In this document: piece by piece, positions 1 to 9,953 of the stretch
Layout of the letters: each line of letters opens with the position of its first letter
Position numbering within the stretch: the stretch's first letter is position 1
DNA from: Myxococcota bacterium
GTDB taxonomy: Bacteria > Myxococcota_A > SURF-8 > G963677705
DNA length: 64,000 bases
Reading direction: 5' to 3'
Assembly (NCBI GenBank): GCA_963677705.1
Contig: OY782497.1
Coordinates: 4,152,627-4,216,626, forward strand
Position numbers and translations under genes: made by a program
Notes under the pieces: generated by a model
What the model was told of the DNA's origin: nothing
The model's database searches: none
Seen by the model: only the letters and a program-made list of their open reading frames with translations

Positions 1-383
1 TGCTCTCTGTCTTTGACTCGGATGTTTTTGATTCTCCTTTACCTCTTTCGTGTTCCTTATTCTGTGACGGTCTGAAACAAATTCTTAGCGTTCAAGGAGG
101 GAATCATCATGTGTTTCCCGGTAACTACGCGAGCTTAGCCCTGGCCTTCACCTCAGAAACCACGAAATCGCCCTTTGATCACTGCCTGAAAAAAAGAAAC
201 GATGTTTCCAGATCGGGAGAGAGGCCAAGGGTTCACAGACTGCCTTGCTTTTTCCGGCCAAGTCCTGCAACATGAGCAAAGGTTCAAGGAAGGTCAGGCC
301 AGGTATCGAACGGTGCCTGGTCCGGCTCACAGACCTGGCAATCGGAAGAGTCTGTCAAGCACAAGGTACAAGGGAGATGATTC

Positions 384-1325
384 ATGGGTGAGGAACAGTT
401 GGTCTGGTTTAACGCGGAGTTGGATCTCACCCTGGAAGCCGTTGAGAACGTTCGCTCTTTCTTCTGGGCAAACGAAGCCGTCGGCGTGGTGACGATTGAC
501 AACGAAGCCCTTCCGCCGGGAATGGACCGCCTTCCGGAGGGTACGGCGCGGATGACCGTCAGTTTCAGTGCTGAGGAGAAAGACAAAGCCGTATTTCAGA
601 AACGTCTGATCCGTGAATGGAAAGCGGCCTCCATCACAATGGGTTTTTCCGCACCCTTGCGTTTTACCGACCTCAACCCGGATGGCTGGCAGGACAAATG
701 GAAGGAGTTTTTCCATCCATTACGCATCGGCAAACACTTGCTCGTCCAACCGACCTGGGAAGAGGCCGATATTTTACCTGATGACGTGGTCTTGACCATT
801 GATCCCGGTATGGCCTTTGGTACGGGAGGACATGAGACGACCTCGATGTGTATGGAATTGCTGGAAAGTCTTTCGGAAACGGTGAACCGGGATCTTCCCC
901 TGCTGGATCTTGGCTGCGGCTCCGGGATTCTGGCGATGACGGCCTACAAGCTGGGCTTTTCCTCCCTTGAAGCCACAGACATCGACCCCGAAGCGATCCG
1001 CGTCAGCCTGGAAAATTTCCAACTCAACGGGATTCCAGAGGGAGCCATTCCCGTTTCTACCAAGAGTTTGGATGACTTGACGGACTCCTTTGAGTTGATC
1101 GTCGCCAACATTCTCGCTGGAACGCTGATTGACCTTGCGCCTCAGATTGTTGCCAAGCTTTCCCCTACAGGACAGCTGGTGCTTTCCGGCATTTTACAGA
1201 GTCAGGGCCAGGAAGTACGCCATGTTTATGAAACTCTTGGATTTTCACTGAAAGACAGTCTTGTTCGCGGGGAGTGGGTTGCTCTGCTCATGCAGCGGGA
1301 AGACCCGAAACCAAGCGCCCAATAA
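384..1325 (+). CDS. prmA: Ribosomal protein L11 methyltransferase
   Basis: Motifs DPGMAFGTGGHETTSMCMELLE and DLGCGSGILAMTAYKLG (SAM-binding) are typical of PrmA. GGGAG RBS upstream of the ATG. Confidence 0.85.
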   Translation: MGEEQLVWFNAELDLTLEAVENVRSFFWANEAVGVVTIDNEALPPGMDRLPEGTARMTVSFSAEEKDKAVFQKRLIREWKAASITMGFSAPLRFTDLNPDGWQDKWKEFFHPLRIGKHLLVQPTWEEADILPDDVVLTIDPGMAFGTGGHETTSMCMELLESLSETVNRDLPLLDLGCGSGILAMTAYKLGFSSLEATDIDPEAIRVSLENFQLNGIPEGAIPVSTKSLDDLTDSFELIVANILAGTLIDLAPQIVAKLSPTGQLVLSGILQSQGQEVRHVYETLGFSLKDSLVRGEWVALLMQREDPKPSAQ

Positions 1326-1331
1326 GGAGCC

Positions 1332-2096
1332 ATGAGCGAATTTCAGGATCTTCCACCTTTGCTTGAAGCCGCCAACCAGTTGGAGGCGATGTACCGTCGC
1401 CTGAAAGGGTTGAGCCAGCCGGATTTCCGTACCCAGCGGATTCTTGACGAACTGGCCCTGTTGGATGAGCTGGAGTTGGCCTATTTCCTGGAGCGGGCCT
1501 ACATCGGAGCGATCCGCCAAGAACGAGCCGGGCAATGGGTTCTGGAAAGCTTGGATGATTTCAGCCTGTTGCGCGAGAAAATGGCCCCCAAAAGGTTGAT
1601 GGAAGTCACCCGCCTGGCCGATCAGGACGAATTGTATTTTGCCGCCGAGAGCCTGAGTCCCGGCATCATGGCCCCCAAAAAGCCACCCCGGATGAATAGC
1701 CACCGGGATCTTTCCGAGCTAACCCTGGGTGAGCGTCGCTTTCTGGCCAAATCCTGCAACATGACTTTGCTGGAGAAACTGCTGGTAGACCCGCAACCGA
1801 TGGTCATTCAAAACCTGTTGCAACATCCCCGGCTTCTGGAACGCCACGTTGTGCAGATCGGAGCCCGCGTACCGACCAACCCGGATGTGCTGATGGTTCT
1901 GGCTCGGCATCCCAAATGGTCACGCCGCTATGCGGTGAAGAAAACCCTGGTACAGAATCCCTATTCACCGGGCTGGTTGGTGATGCGCCTGCTTCCCTAT
2001 CTGGAGCGTCAGGATTTGAAACTGCTTCAGCAAAGCCCCCGTTTTTCAGCCCGATTCATCGAACGCTTCCTTACCATCAAACGCGGACCTCTTTAA
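1332..2096 (+). CDS. Hypothetical protein, co-oriented immediately downstream of prmA
   Basis: 254-aa ORF with natural amino-acid composition, 6 nt after the prmA stop. No recognisable motif. Confidence 0.4.
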   Translation: MSEFQDLPPLLEAANQLEAMYRRLKGLSQPDFRTQRILDELALLDELELAYFLERAYIGAIRQERAGQWVLESLDDFSLLREKMAPKRLMEVTRLADQDELYFAAESLSPGIMAPKKPPRMNSHRDLSELTLGERRFLAKSCNMTLLEKLLVDPQPMVIQNLLQHPRLLERHVVQIGARVPTNPDVLMVLARHPKWSRRYAVKKTLVQNPYSPGWLVMRLLPYLERQDLKLLQQSPRFSARFIERFLTIKRGPL

Positions 2097-2101
2097 GCCG
2101 A

Positions 2102-3103
2102 CTATTGCGGCATGGAACTGATCTGTACCAGGCCGTCGGGCAATTCGCGGGAATGGCGCAGGCCGGTGCAGCAGTGGCGAGCCTGTTCCACGCCTAGAAT
2201 CAATTGAGTAACCACCTGATTCATCGGCGTCGGAATGCCGTACTGTTTCCCCAGTTGCACGATGCGTCCGCTCAGGGTGTGTACTTCCGTGGGGCTATCC
2301 TGGGAAACGTCTTGCAACATGCTCGGTTTGTGCAAGCCACCATTGGCGATGTAGGCCAGACTTTGTTCGACGAACTCGTCTCCGAAATCGTAGCCGTCGG
2401 CTCTGGCCACGGCGAGGCTTTCCCGAAGCAGGTCGGCAATCAGATCCCTGGTGGAAGGGCACTGGGAGACATCCTGCATGTTCTGCCCGGTAAGGGCGCA
2501 AACAGAGTTCACAGCGGCATTCAACAGCGATTTTCGCCAGGTATGCTGACGGATGTCTTTGGTGAAGGCCATCATAAAGCCGCCTTCCGTAAAATCCGCG
2601 GCCAGGTCGCGGGCGAAGTCTTCCCCGTCGGAGTGCATGGCTCCCAGGTAGCTGGGTGGGTTGACGAAGGTGGTTTCCACATGGCCGGGGTTGACCAGTT
2701 GTCCACCGACGTTCAGGACCATGCGCAGGGTGTGTTGATGACCGAACTGGTATCCGGCCAAGACCTCCGGGTCCAGTCCGTTCTGGGCCAGCAGGATTTT
2801 CCGTCCGGCACGATGGACGATGCGCAATTGGTCCAAGATGCCGGAGAGAGTCCAGGTTTTCGTGGCAACGATCACCAGGTCCGGGTCCAGGCTGGTCAGT
2901 TCGGCAATATCTGTAAAGGCGGAGGCTAACGGTTCGTGCATCTCCATCAGGCCCGATACACGAAAACCGTGTTCATTCAAATAGGTTGCTTGTTCTTTGC
3001 GGCGTACCAGGACGTGCAGTTGATGGCCACGGTTTGCCAGGTAAGCGCCTAATAGGCTGCCCATTGCACCGGCGCCGACGAGAACGATATTCATTGGTTT
3101 CAT
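2102..3103 (-). CDS. panE: 2-dehydropantoate 2-reductase (ketopantoate reductase, ApbA/PanE family)
   Basis: N-terminal Rossmann motif MKPMNIVLVGAGAMGSLLGAYLA plus a KPR C-terminal-like region. Start trimmed to the internal ATG at 3103 (MKPMN). Confidence 0.65.
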   Translation of the reverse strand: MKPMNIVLVGAGAMGSLLGAYLANRGHQLHVLVRRKEQATYLNEHGFRVSGLMEMHEPLASAFTDIAELTSLDPDLVIVATKTWTLSGILDQLRIVHRAGRKILLAQNGLDPEVLAGYQFGHQHTLRMVLNVGGQLVNPGHVETTFVNPPSYLGAMHSDGEDFARDLAADFTEGGFMMAFTKDIRQHTWRKSLLNAAVNSVCALTGQNMQDVSQCPSTRDLIADLLRESLAVARADGYDFGDEFVEQSLAYIANGGLHKPSMLQDVSQDSPTEVHTLSGRIVQLGKQYGIPTPMNQVVTQLILGVEQARHCCTGLRHSRELPDGLVQISSMPQ

Positions 3104-3307
3104 TGCTGTTATCCTTTGCTGCCACCCGTGTTGCGGAGTTCCCCCGCCCGGTTGACGCTGAAGTTCGTCTTGACAAACTTCAGCATAAGAACTTACAGCC
3201 ATCATGTCAAGTGTGTCTATGGAAGACAGGGACAATATCCGGCAGATTAGACGAACCCCGGAGGGCAGGGTTTCTCTCTGCCGGCAGTTTGCGGATAAAG
3301 TCTTCGC

Positions 3308-3440
3308 CCCTCACTGGGATGCCTTTCGGCATCCTGTCTCTCCCAGAGGGAGAGACGACATTTCCCTCTTCCGCTCAGGAGAGGGAAGCGAACAATGTGA
3401 GCGAGGGTGAGGGAAACCGGGGTTTGTCAATAACCTCGAA
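3308..3440. repeat. Palindromic GC-rich intergenic repeat module (family shared with 33830-33990, 36840-36960, 40678-40735)
   Basis: The unit cccctcactgggatgcctttcggcatcctgtctctcccagagggagag recurs near-identically at about 40678-40728. The ctcaggagagg / gagggaaaccggggtttg modules recur at 33898-33950 and 36895-36935. Confidence 0.45.
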
Positions 3441-3497
3441 GCGGGTTTCTTTCTGCCGAGATTCTCCATTCAGCAGGCGGTTGTCAGGAAAACCCGG

Positions 3498-4379
3498 CTA
3501 AAAGCGGGTGCGTCGCACCACGACATCGGCCAGCAGACCGAGGAAGGCCAGGTTGATCCCGCCGACGAGCAGGCCGGTTCCGATGGGATTGGTCAAGCCG
3601 CCGGTCAGAAGACCTCCCAGTCCCAGCAAGGTGGCGGGAGGCATGAACACGCGCAGGGGGCGGAACAGGGCGCTGATGCGGATAATCAGGATGATGAAGC
3701 CGGTGAAGTCTTTCAAGGGAGAAATGGCACTTTTGCCCACGCGCTCGAAATAATTGATGGGGATGAACAACACGTCGTAGTTGTTGCACAAGCTGGACAT
3801 GGTGATTGTGGAGGTGAAGCTGAAGCCCTTGGGGTAGAGGCTCATGAAACGCATGGCCAGATCCCGGCTGAAAACCCGGAGACCGCTGTTCAGGTCGGGG
3901 ATCTTCTGACCGGTCAGGGTGCTGGCCAGCTTGGTGATAAACCACTTTGCCGGGCGGCGCACGAAGGGAACATGTACCTCGTCACCGGTGCGCGCACCAA
4001 CGACCATGTCGTACAGATCGGTTTTCTTCAGCAGGTCGGGAATGCGATCAATGGGATAGGTGCCATCGGCATCGGTAATCAATACCCAGGGATGAGTGGC
4101 TTCGCGGATACCGGTCTTCAGTGCTTCGCCGTAACCCCGGTTGATCTCATGGGTGATGACCCGCGCTTTGGCCTTTTTGCACAACTCGGCGGTTTGATCC
4201 CGCGAGCCGTCGTCCACGATCAGGATTTCGTAGGTGAAATCCGTCTTGCCCATTGTTTCATGCACCTGCTCGATGGTCGCCTCAATGGCTCCCTCTTCGT
4301 TGTAGGCGGGAATAACAATGGTTGCGCCGGTCTGGGCAACCGCTTCCGGGCGGGGCTTGCGTGGGTCGTTGTCGTGCAT
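3498..4379 (-). CDS. GT2-family polyprenyl-phosphate glycosyltransferase (DPM1/Ppm1-like) with C-terminal TM helices
   Basis: IVIPAYNEE...ILIVDDGSRD...ITDADGTYP GT-A motifs and a hydrophobic C-terminus. Start trimmed to MHDNDPRK at 4379. Confidence 0.7.
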   Translation of the reverse strand: MHDNDPRKPRPEAVAQTGATIVIPAYNEEGAIEATIEQVHETMGKTDFTYEILIVDDGSRDQTAELCKKAKARVITHEINRGYGEALKTGIREATHPWVLITDADGTYPIDRIPDLLKKTDLYDMVVGARTGDEVHVPFVRRPAKWFITKLASTLTGQKIPDLNSGLRVFSRDLAMRFMSLYPKGFSFTSTITMSSLCNNYDVLFIPINYFERVGKSAISPLKDFTGFIILIIRISALFRPLRVFMPPATLLGLGGLLTGGLTNPIGTGLLVGGINLAFLGLLADVVVRRTRF

Positions 4380-4795
4380 CGGGCTTCCTTGGTCCAAAAC
4401 GGGTTGAACGGGCTGATGGCACGCGGATGCCTTGAGGCTGTTTTCCCGAATCCGATGCAGAGCAATCGACCGGGTGTGAAATCCGCATACATGGGCTTGC
4501 AGGAATTTTGTAGCGATGATGCTCAGGCTTGTCAAGCAAAGCTCTTGTCTTCCCAAGGTGAATGGCGTTGTCGTCCGGGGGATTTGGGTTGATGATCCTA
4601 CGCACCAAGGGGAAAGCCTGGAAGCTCGCAGTATTGCAATGGAAAGATCTGTTCTTGCAGTGTGGCGACAACGCGATAGCCGAGACGCCTTGGTTTTCCG
4701 CTAAAAGCGTTGACGAAACTTCCGTATAAAGCTAGATTTAGAACGCTCCCATTGAACTTGAAATGCTGAATAGTGATTTTGCTGGAGAGAAAACC

Positions 4796-6586
4796 ATGAA
4801 AACCAGGATGCGTTGCCAATCTGGAATGACCAAGGCGTTGTTTCTGCTCTGCGCTGTTTTCTTTGTGATGGCCTGCGATGATGGCAGGTCGAGCAACAAC
4901 CATGACGATGACGACGATGATGATGTTTCCGATGGAGATGGAATGGTTCCGGTTGATGACGACGACGATGATGATAGCTCCGATGAAGATGGAATGGTTC
5001 CGGTTGATGACGACGACGATGATGATAGCTCCGATGAAGATGGCGATGGTTTGGATGGTGACGATGATGATGATAGCTCCGATGGAGATGGAATGCTTCC
5101 GGATGATGACGATGATGATGATAGCTCCGATGGAGATGAGGACGAAGAAAGTGTCGCCACGGAAGATGGAGATGGGGAGGCAACCACTGACGGTGATGAA
5201 GATGGCGATGGTTCGGATGGTGACGAGGAATTGGACACCGACACGGATCAGTGTGAAGGCTGCCTGATTGATGATCTGTGCATCCCTGCCGGGCAGGATC
5301 ACCCGGTCTTCCTGTGTGCCCAGTGCAACCCGGAGCAAAACAATCAGGATTGGTCGCCCAAACTGCAAGGCACCGAATGCCGTCCGGCTGCGGGAATTTG
5401 TGACGTTGCCGAAGTCTGTGACGGCGTGAACGAAGATTGCCCCGCGGATGGCTTTGTCGTGGACGGCGAAATCTGCAATGATGACAACAATTGCACGGAC
5501 AATGATATGTGCTCTGGTGGCACTTGCTCCGGCCAGACGTACATTTGCAATGATCATGGAACCTGCAATAGTGACGATAATCTCTGCACTTGTACTACCG
5601 GCTACACGGGCGATTATTGTGATGCGTGCACAGATAACTACTCGGGTTATCCTGATTGCCAACGAGTTACCACCCCCGGTTTCTTGTTCATCGAGGCAGG
5701 CAGTTTCTGGATGGGATCACCGGCGGGCACCTGCCCGGAGGGGTATCCAGGCTCTTGTACGAGCGAGTTGGGTCGGAATTCGAACGAGACGCTACACTAT
5801 GTGACGCTGACCTATGACTTCGAGATGAGCCGTTACGAGATCACGGAGGCCCAGTTTGAGGGTCTGATGGGCTGGAATGCGATGGATATCTATGATTCGG
5901 ACTGCTCCAATGGCTGCGGTGACGATCATCCGATGAAGTACATAAGCTGGTATGACACACTGGCCTACGCCAACCAGTTATCGTTGGATGCGGGTTTGAC
6001 TGCCTGTTATGTGTTGTCAAATGTTGGCTGTGAAAATGGCGGTAACGTGGGAACGGACTACATGGACTGCTTCGACTCCGATGCGACGTATGGCGGTATC
6101 GATTCGGCAACGGTGATGCTTGCTGGAGATATAACGAAGCCGCAGGATTGCGAGGGCTACCGTCTGCCGACGGAGGCGGAGTGGGAGTATGCGATCCGGG
6201 CCGGAACAACGACAGCGTTTTACAATGGTGGGATTACATATACGGGGTATGATCCTGTTGATCCGAACCTGGACCAGATCGGCTGGTACTATGGGAACAG
6301 CTTCTCCTATGGCACGAAGCCCGTGGGCGGCAAGGAACCGAACGCCTGGGGCTTGTATGATATGAGTGGGAACCTGTGGGAGTGGACCTGGGACTGGTAT
6401 CAAACTGTATATCAAAACGATGTGACTACCGATCCCGTGGGACCGAGTACAGGCTCGTACCGCGTCATTCGTGGCGGCAATTGGAGCGACGTCGCGGGGG
6501 ACTGCCGGTCGGCGACCCGTAGCGGCTTCTCGCCCGGCAATCGCGACCACATCTTCGGTGCCCGTCTCTGTAGCTCTCGCCCTTGA
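4796..6586 (+). CDS. Lipoprotein: poly-Asp linker, EGF-like/Myxococcus-type Cys-rich repeats, C-terminal formylglycine-generating-enzyme (FGE-sulfatase) domain
   Basis: Signal plus lipobox LLCAVFFVMAC. Tandem 17-aa unit DGMVPVDDDDDDDSSDE repeated. EGF signature CTCTTGYTGDYC. FGE motifs RLPTEAEWEYAIRAG, GNLWEWTWDWY, RVIRGGNW. Confidence 0.75.
   Translation: MKTRMRCQSGMTKALFLLCAVFFVMACDDGRSSNNHDDDDDDDVSDGDGMVPVDDDDDDDSSDEDGMVPVDDDDDDDSSDEDGDGLDGDDDDDSSDGDGMLPDDDDDDDSSDGDEDEESVATEDGDGEATTDGDEDGDGSDGDEELDTDTDQCEGCLIDDLCIPAGQDHPVFLCAQCNPEQNNQDWSPKLQGTECRPAAGICDVAEVCDGVNEDCPADGFVVDGEICNDDNNCTDNDMCSGGTCSGQTYICNDHGTCNSDDNLCTCTTGYTGDYCDACTDNYSGYPDCQRVTTPGFLFIEAGSFWMGSPAGTCPEGYPGSCTSELGRNSNETLHYVTLTYDFEMSRYEITEAQFEGLMGWNAMDIYDSDCSNGCGDDHPMKYISWYDTLAYANQLSLDAGLTACYVLSNVGCENGGNVGTDYMDCFDSDATYGGIDSATVMLAGDITKPQDCEGYRLPTEAEWEYAIRAGTTTAFYNGGITYTGYDPVDPNLDQIGWYYGNSFSYGTKPVGGKEPNAWGLYDMSGNLWEWTWDWYQTVYQNDVTTDPVGPSTGSYRVIRGGNWSDVAGDCRSATRSGFSPGNRDHIFGARLCSSRP
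4930..5150 (+). repeat. In-frame 51-bp coding tandem repeat (about 4 copies) encoding DGMVPVDDDDDDDSSDE
   Basis: The unit gatggaatggttccggttgatgacgacgacgatgatgatagctccgatgaa recurs head-to-tail with small variations. Confidence 0.6.
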
Positions 6587-6618
6587 ACCCTTGAACCCTT
6601 TCGCCCTTTGGGCTTCTT

Positions 6619-6645
6619 GTCATTCCCTGGGAGCAGGGAATCCAG
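6619..6645. repeat. Hairpin repeat gtcattccctgggagcagggaatccag (variant of the 31370 and 39823 element)
   Basis: Same flanks (gtcattccc...gggaatccag) as the two copies of gtcattcccgcgaaggcgggaatccag. Confidence 0.35.
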
Positions 6646-6864
6646 GACATGGTTCCCCGGGTCAAGCCCGCGGATGACGGAATTGGCCGCAGTGGAACGC
6701 AGGCTTCACCGGGGAGTTCTGTGGGCTTGTGGAGTAAGGACTATACGTCCCGGATTTCCGCCAGAACGTCAGCGAGTTGCGAAGATGTTGGTCAACGATA
6801 TCTTGTTGATTCCCGGCATGGCGAAGGAAGAGGCTTCCTCGTGAGGCGTCTTGTTTCCTGAAGA

Positions 6865-8874
6865 TCAGTCCTGGGTGGAATGAACGCGGTAGAGCGTCAG
6901 ATCAAGGGTGTGACCGGGGCGGAGTTGGTAAAAGACCAGAAAAGGTAGGCGTTGCTGAGCGATGGGCTCTAAGGTAGCGTGGGCTTTCCATTGCCGACAG
7001 ATCTTGGCGACAAGATGGGCGTCCTTGGCAATTGAGGGGTCGATGATGTTCAACTCTTCAAGGTGGCAGATGGGAGATTCGTAGTAGTAATCACAGGACG
7101 AGGGAATTTCGTTTTCTTCGTTCAACGTTTTGAACCCAATGGGAAGACCCAGGTAACGTTCCGCTCCGGCCAAGGGAAGAAAGGCGGCATTCAAGCTGTA
7201 ATGCGGTCCCGGAAAACGAACATTCATCTGGACATCAGCCAGGCAGACCACGGATTCGGCAGGCTTGTCACGAAGATGCTCGGTGAGGAAATCCGGTTCA
7301 TGACGGAAGATCAGACGGTGTTGCGGGGAAAACAGGGTTTCTGCATCCAGGCACCAGGCGAGAAGAATGAAAAGGACAGACAGTACAGGGACAATACGCT
7401 TGTAGCGCTTGGGAAGACGAGGGATAGGCTGAAAAACTACGGCGACACATAAAAAGGCAAGACAGGCAAGAGGAAGGAAATAGCGAAGAGTCAATTGGTC
7501 GGTCAATACCTTTTCACTCACAAAGCCTGGGCTTATGAAAAGCAGCATGGAAAGCAGGATGCGGCCAGCCTGACTCGTACCTTGCGGATGAACATGTTTC
7601 CTGGTGATCAAAACCAGTCCCAGGATGGTGAGTGCAAAACCCGTCCAGCGAAGAAACGCGGTCGTGGTCAAGGTTCCCCAGAGATCCGTGCGAAAAATTG
7701 CCTGGAAGTCAAACCCGGTTCCTTGTTGATGTAAAGAGGTATAGACAACGGGTAGGCTGAGGGCAAAACCAATCAGCGGACTTGCTGCGAGGAAGAACCG
7801 TTTTTTAGACAGCCAATCCGAGCGACGGGAAACGAGGAGAATCCAACTCAAGATCCAGATAATGGCTTCAATACGGATGGAGGCGATGGCGATGATGAAG
7901 AAGGTCATCGGCAGCATGGGGAACAAGGAACGGAGAGGATGGATTTTTTCCTTCGCTGTCCCATGCAGCAGACGCTGGTAGGAAAGCCCTCCGGCAAACC
8001 AGAGCATCAAGGCTGCGTTATGGGGAGAATCAGTCCGTCCCAGCAAGACCATCAGAGGCCACGCGGCAAGAAAAAGTGCCCAGATGAACCCTACCTTCCG
8101 GGAGAATCCCAAGGCGTCAGCCAAGGGAGCCGCGGCCAGGACAAGGAACACCCAGGCGTAGAGACTTAATCCCAAGGCAAGGTCCAGTCCCGGTGTTGCG
8201 GGAAAGAGGTCATATAGAATCTGAAGGGGAAGCATCAGACCCAGAGAGACGTAACCGAGCCCCAGGTTCATTGTTTCGTTGGGATAAATCGAATACCAGT
8301 TGGAAATCAATCCCGGTTGAAAGGCACGAAGCCCTATAGCAAGTGTTGCCAAGGCCAAGCCCCAGAGCCATCGTGAGCGCCTGCGACGATACCAGGGGAG
8401 AATGCAGCAAGGGGCGAAAAGCAGGGCACCCAAGACGATGATTCCATAAACGGAACGCTTCATGCTCTGAGCCTGATTGCTCGTTGCAAATTTCACCTCA
8501 ACCCAAGGATCTGGGATCGTGCGCTTCTCAAAAAGTTGTTTGAGTCCGGGAAGCAGTTCAGGACAGGCTGAAGGAGGAACCAAAACCTTGAACCATGCGA
8601 GGATCGGTCCTTGCTTGGGGGAGGATGGATGAGCCAGGGTGACAACGAAGGAGGAGTCTCCCTTGAAATGAAGGCTGACGGTTTCCCCCTGAATACGGGT
8701 CTGGCTCAAGGTGCTGCTGCATAGCTCCGGAAACGGCTCGGCCACCAGGCGTTGAATCAGAGCTTGACTTTGTTCAGGGATAACCAAGGCGGTTGCTTGC
8801 GCAAACAGGGGATTGCTAAGCAGGAACAGACCCAAGAAGAGACCCCATGAGAAAATGCGGGAAAGCCCTGTCAT
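6865..8874 (-). CDS. Large polytopic membrane protein (signal peptide, about 12 TM, C-terminal soluble domain); possible GT-C or Wzy-like glycan-handling protein
   Basis: 669 aa with an N-terminal signal, many hydrophobic helices and a 170-aa C-terminal domain. No definitive motif. Confidence 0.55.
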   Translation of the reverse strand: MTGLSRIFSWGLFLGLFLLSNPLFAQATALVIPEQSQALIQRLVAEPFPELCSSTLSQTRIQGETVSLHFKGDSSFVVTLAHPSSPKQGPILAWFKVLVPPSACPELLPGLKQLFEKRTIPDPWVEVKFATSNQAQSMKRSVYGIIVLGALLFAPCCILPWYRRRRSRWLWGLALATLAIGLRAFQPGLISNWYSIYPNETMNLGLGYVSLGLMLPLQILYDLFPATPGLDLALGLSLYAWVFLVLAAAPLADALGFSRKVGFIWALFLAAWPLMVLLGRTDSPHNAALMLWFAGGLSYQRLLHGTAKEKIHPLRSLFPMLPMTFFIIAIASIRIEAIIWILSWILLVSRRSDWLSKKRFFLAASPLIGFALSLPVVYTSLHQQGTGFDFQAIFRTDLWGTLTTTAFLRWTGFALTILGLVLITRKHVHPQGTSQAGRILLSMLLFISPGFVSEKVLTDQLTLRYFLPLACLAFLCVAVVFQPIPRLPKRYKRIVPVLSVLFILLAWCLDAETLFSPQHRLIFRHEPDFLTEHLRDKPAESVVCLADVQMNVRFPGPHYSLNAAFLPLAGAERYLGLPIGFKTLNEENEIPSSCDYYYESPICHLEELNIIDPSIAKDAHLVAKICRQWKAHATLEPIAQQRLPFLVFYQLRPGHTLDLTLYRVHSTQD

Positions 8875-8975
8875 TGGTCTGCCTCAGGAAACCTTACCTA
8901 GAAAGGATGGAAGATAAGACACGTTCATGATCTGGTGAAGCGTCCACGAGGATCAATGGGTACGTGATGTGTTGT

Positions 8976-9953
8976 TTACTCGAAACTATCGTTGTCGCCG
9001 ATGACCCATTGGCGATTTTTCTGCTCCAGGTGGATGCGGTTGCGTCCGCTCTGCTTGGCTTCACTCAGCAGCCGGTCGGCCTGGTCCATGAATTCGGAAA
9101 CGTCGTTCATGTCGCGGTTGAAGGAGACGACGCCAAAGCTGGCCGTGATGAAAATGGACTCGCCAAAGTCGTCTGGAATTTCCTTCCGTGCCAGGTTCTT
9201 ACGCAGTCGATCCAGCCCCAGGGAGGCCGCTTCGATGTCGGTATCGACCAGCACCAGACAGAATTCTTCTCCGCCGTAACGGGCGACGAGATCGGTTTCA
9301 CGCAGGGTGTTTTTAGCCAATTCGCTGAAGGTGGCCAAGACGCGATCCCCGGCAAGGAAGCCGTAGGTCTCGTTGATGTGGCGAAAGTGATCCAGGTCGC
9401 AAAGGGCCACCGTGAGTGGATGGCTGTAGCGTCGGGAACGGCGGGTCAACTCTTCCAGCTTTTCCAGAATCGCTCGCCGGTTGAGCAGGCCGGTGAGGAC
9501 ATCCATGTTGTTCAGACGCTCAAGTTGCTTGCGCTGTTCGTGAATCGTCCGCTTCAGGTTGTGGCGTTTGATGGCGCTGGCAATGGTGTAAAGCAGTTCG
9601 CGGGATTCCAAACCCTCTTTGGGTAGAATATCGAAATCTCTGTCGTTGGCTGAGGGCTGCAAGGGGTTGGATGATTCTTCACCGCTCAGGACAATGATGG
9701 GGAATTGCTGACTCTGGGAGCTTCCCATGACCCGCCGCACGGCATCCGAAGCGCCACGGTCATCTTTCTCTTTACCGAGAAACATCAGGTCCGGTTTGTA
9801 GCTGTCGATCAGCCGCCGAAGTTGGGGGGATTTGTCCGCATGACGAAATTCATACTCTCCCAGGGATGCCTGCTCCAATTTGGAGTGGAACCATTCCCTG
9901 TCTGTTGACGATTCCCCAACAACCAGAATACGTAAAGGCTTGTTCGCCTCCAT
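8976..9953 (-). CDS. Response-regulator (pseudo-receiver) plus GGDEF diguanylate cyclase
   Basis: GGDEF domain with RYGGEEFCLVL. The N-terminal receiver-like domain has Gly at the phospho-acceptor position (PDLMFLGKE). Confidence 0.8.
   Translation of the reverse strand: MEANKPLRILVVGESSTDREWFHSKLEQASLGEYEFRHADKSPQLRRLIDSYKPDLMFLGKEKDDRGASDAVRRVMGSSQSQQFPIIVLSGEESSNPLQPSANDRDFDILPKEGLESRELLYTIASAIKRHNLKRTIHEQRKQLERLNNMDVLTGLLNRRAILEKLEELTRRSRRYSHPLTVALCDLDHFRHINETYGFLAGDRVLATFSELAKNTLRETDLVARYGGEEFCLVLVDTDIEAASLGLDRLRKNLARKEIPDDFGESIFITASFGVVSFNRDMNDVSEFMDQADRLLSEAKQSGRNRIHLEQKNRQWVIGDNDSFE

Noticed and set aside
1-383. Possible RNA gene or small ORF upstream of prmA
   Set aside because: No tRNA cloverleaf, RNase P, SRP or tmRNA signature motifs were found. 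Only sub-60-aa ORFs without RBS are present. Treated as the prmA 5' region.
4880-5160. Possible CRISPR array suggested by regular direct repeats (also at 35300-36185)
   Set aside because: The repeats are in-frame coding tandem repeats (51 bp and about 81 bp) with variable, protein-coding 'spacers'. There are no cas genes, and repeat and spacer sizes are atypical.
4598-5662. Long minus-strand ORFs (4598-5662, 4701-5183, 4738-5244) and the plus-strand 4878-5267 ORF, all overlapping the poly-Asp repeat
   Set aside because: These are shadow ORFs created by the GAT/GAC-rich repeat (translated as I/V/S/H runs). The plus-strand lipoprotein frame has a signal peptide and recognisable FGE domain.
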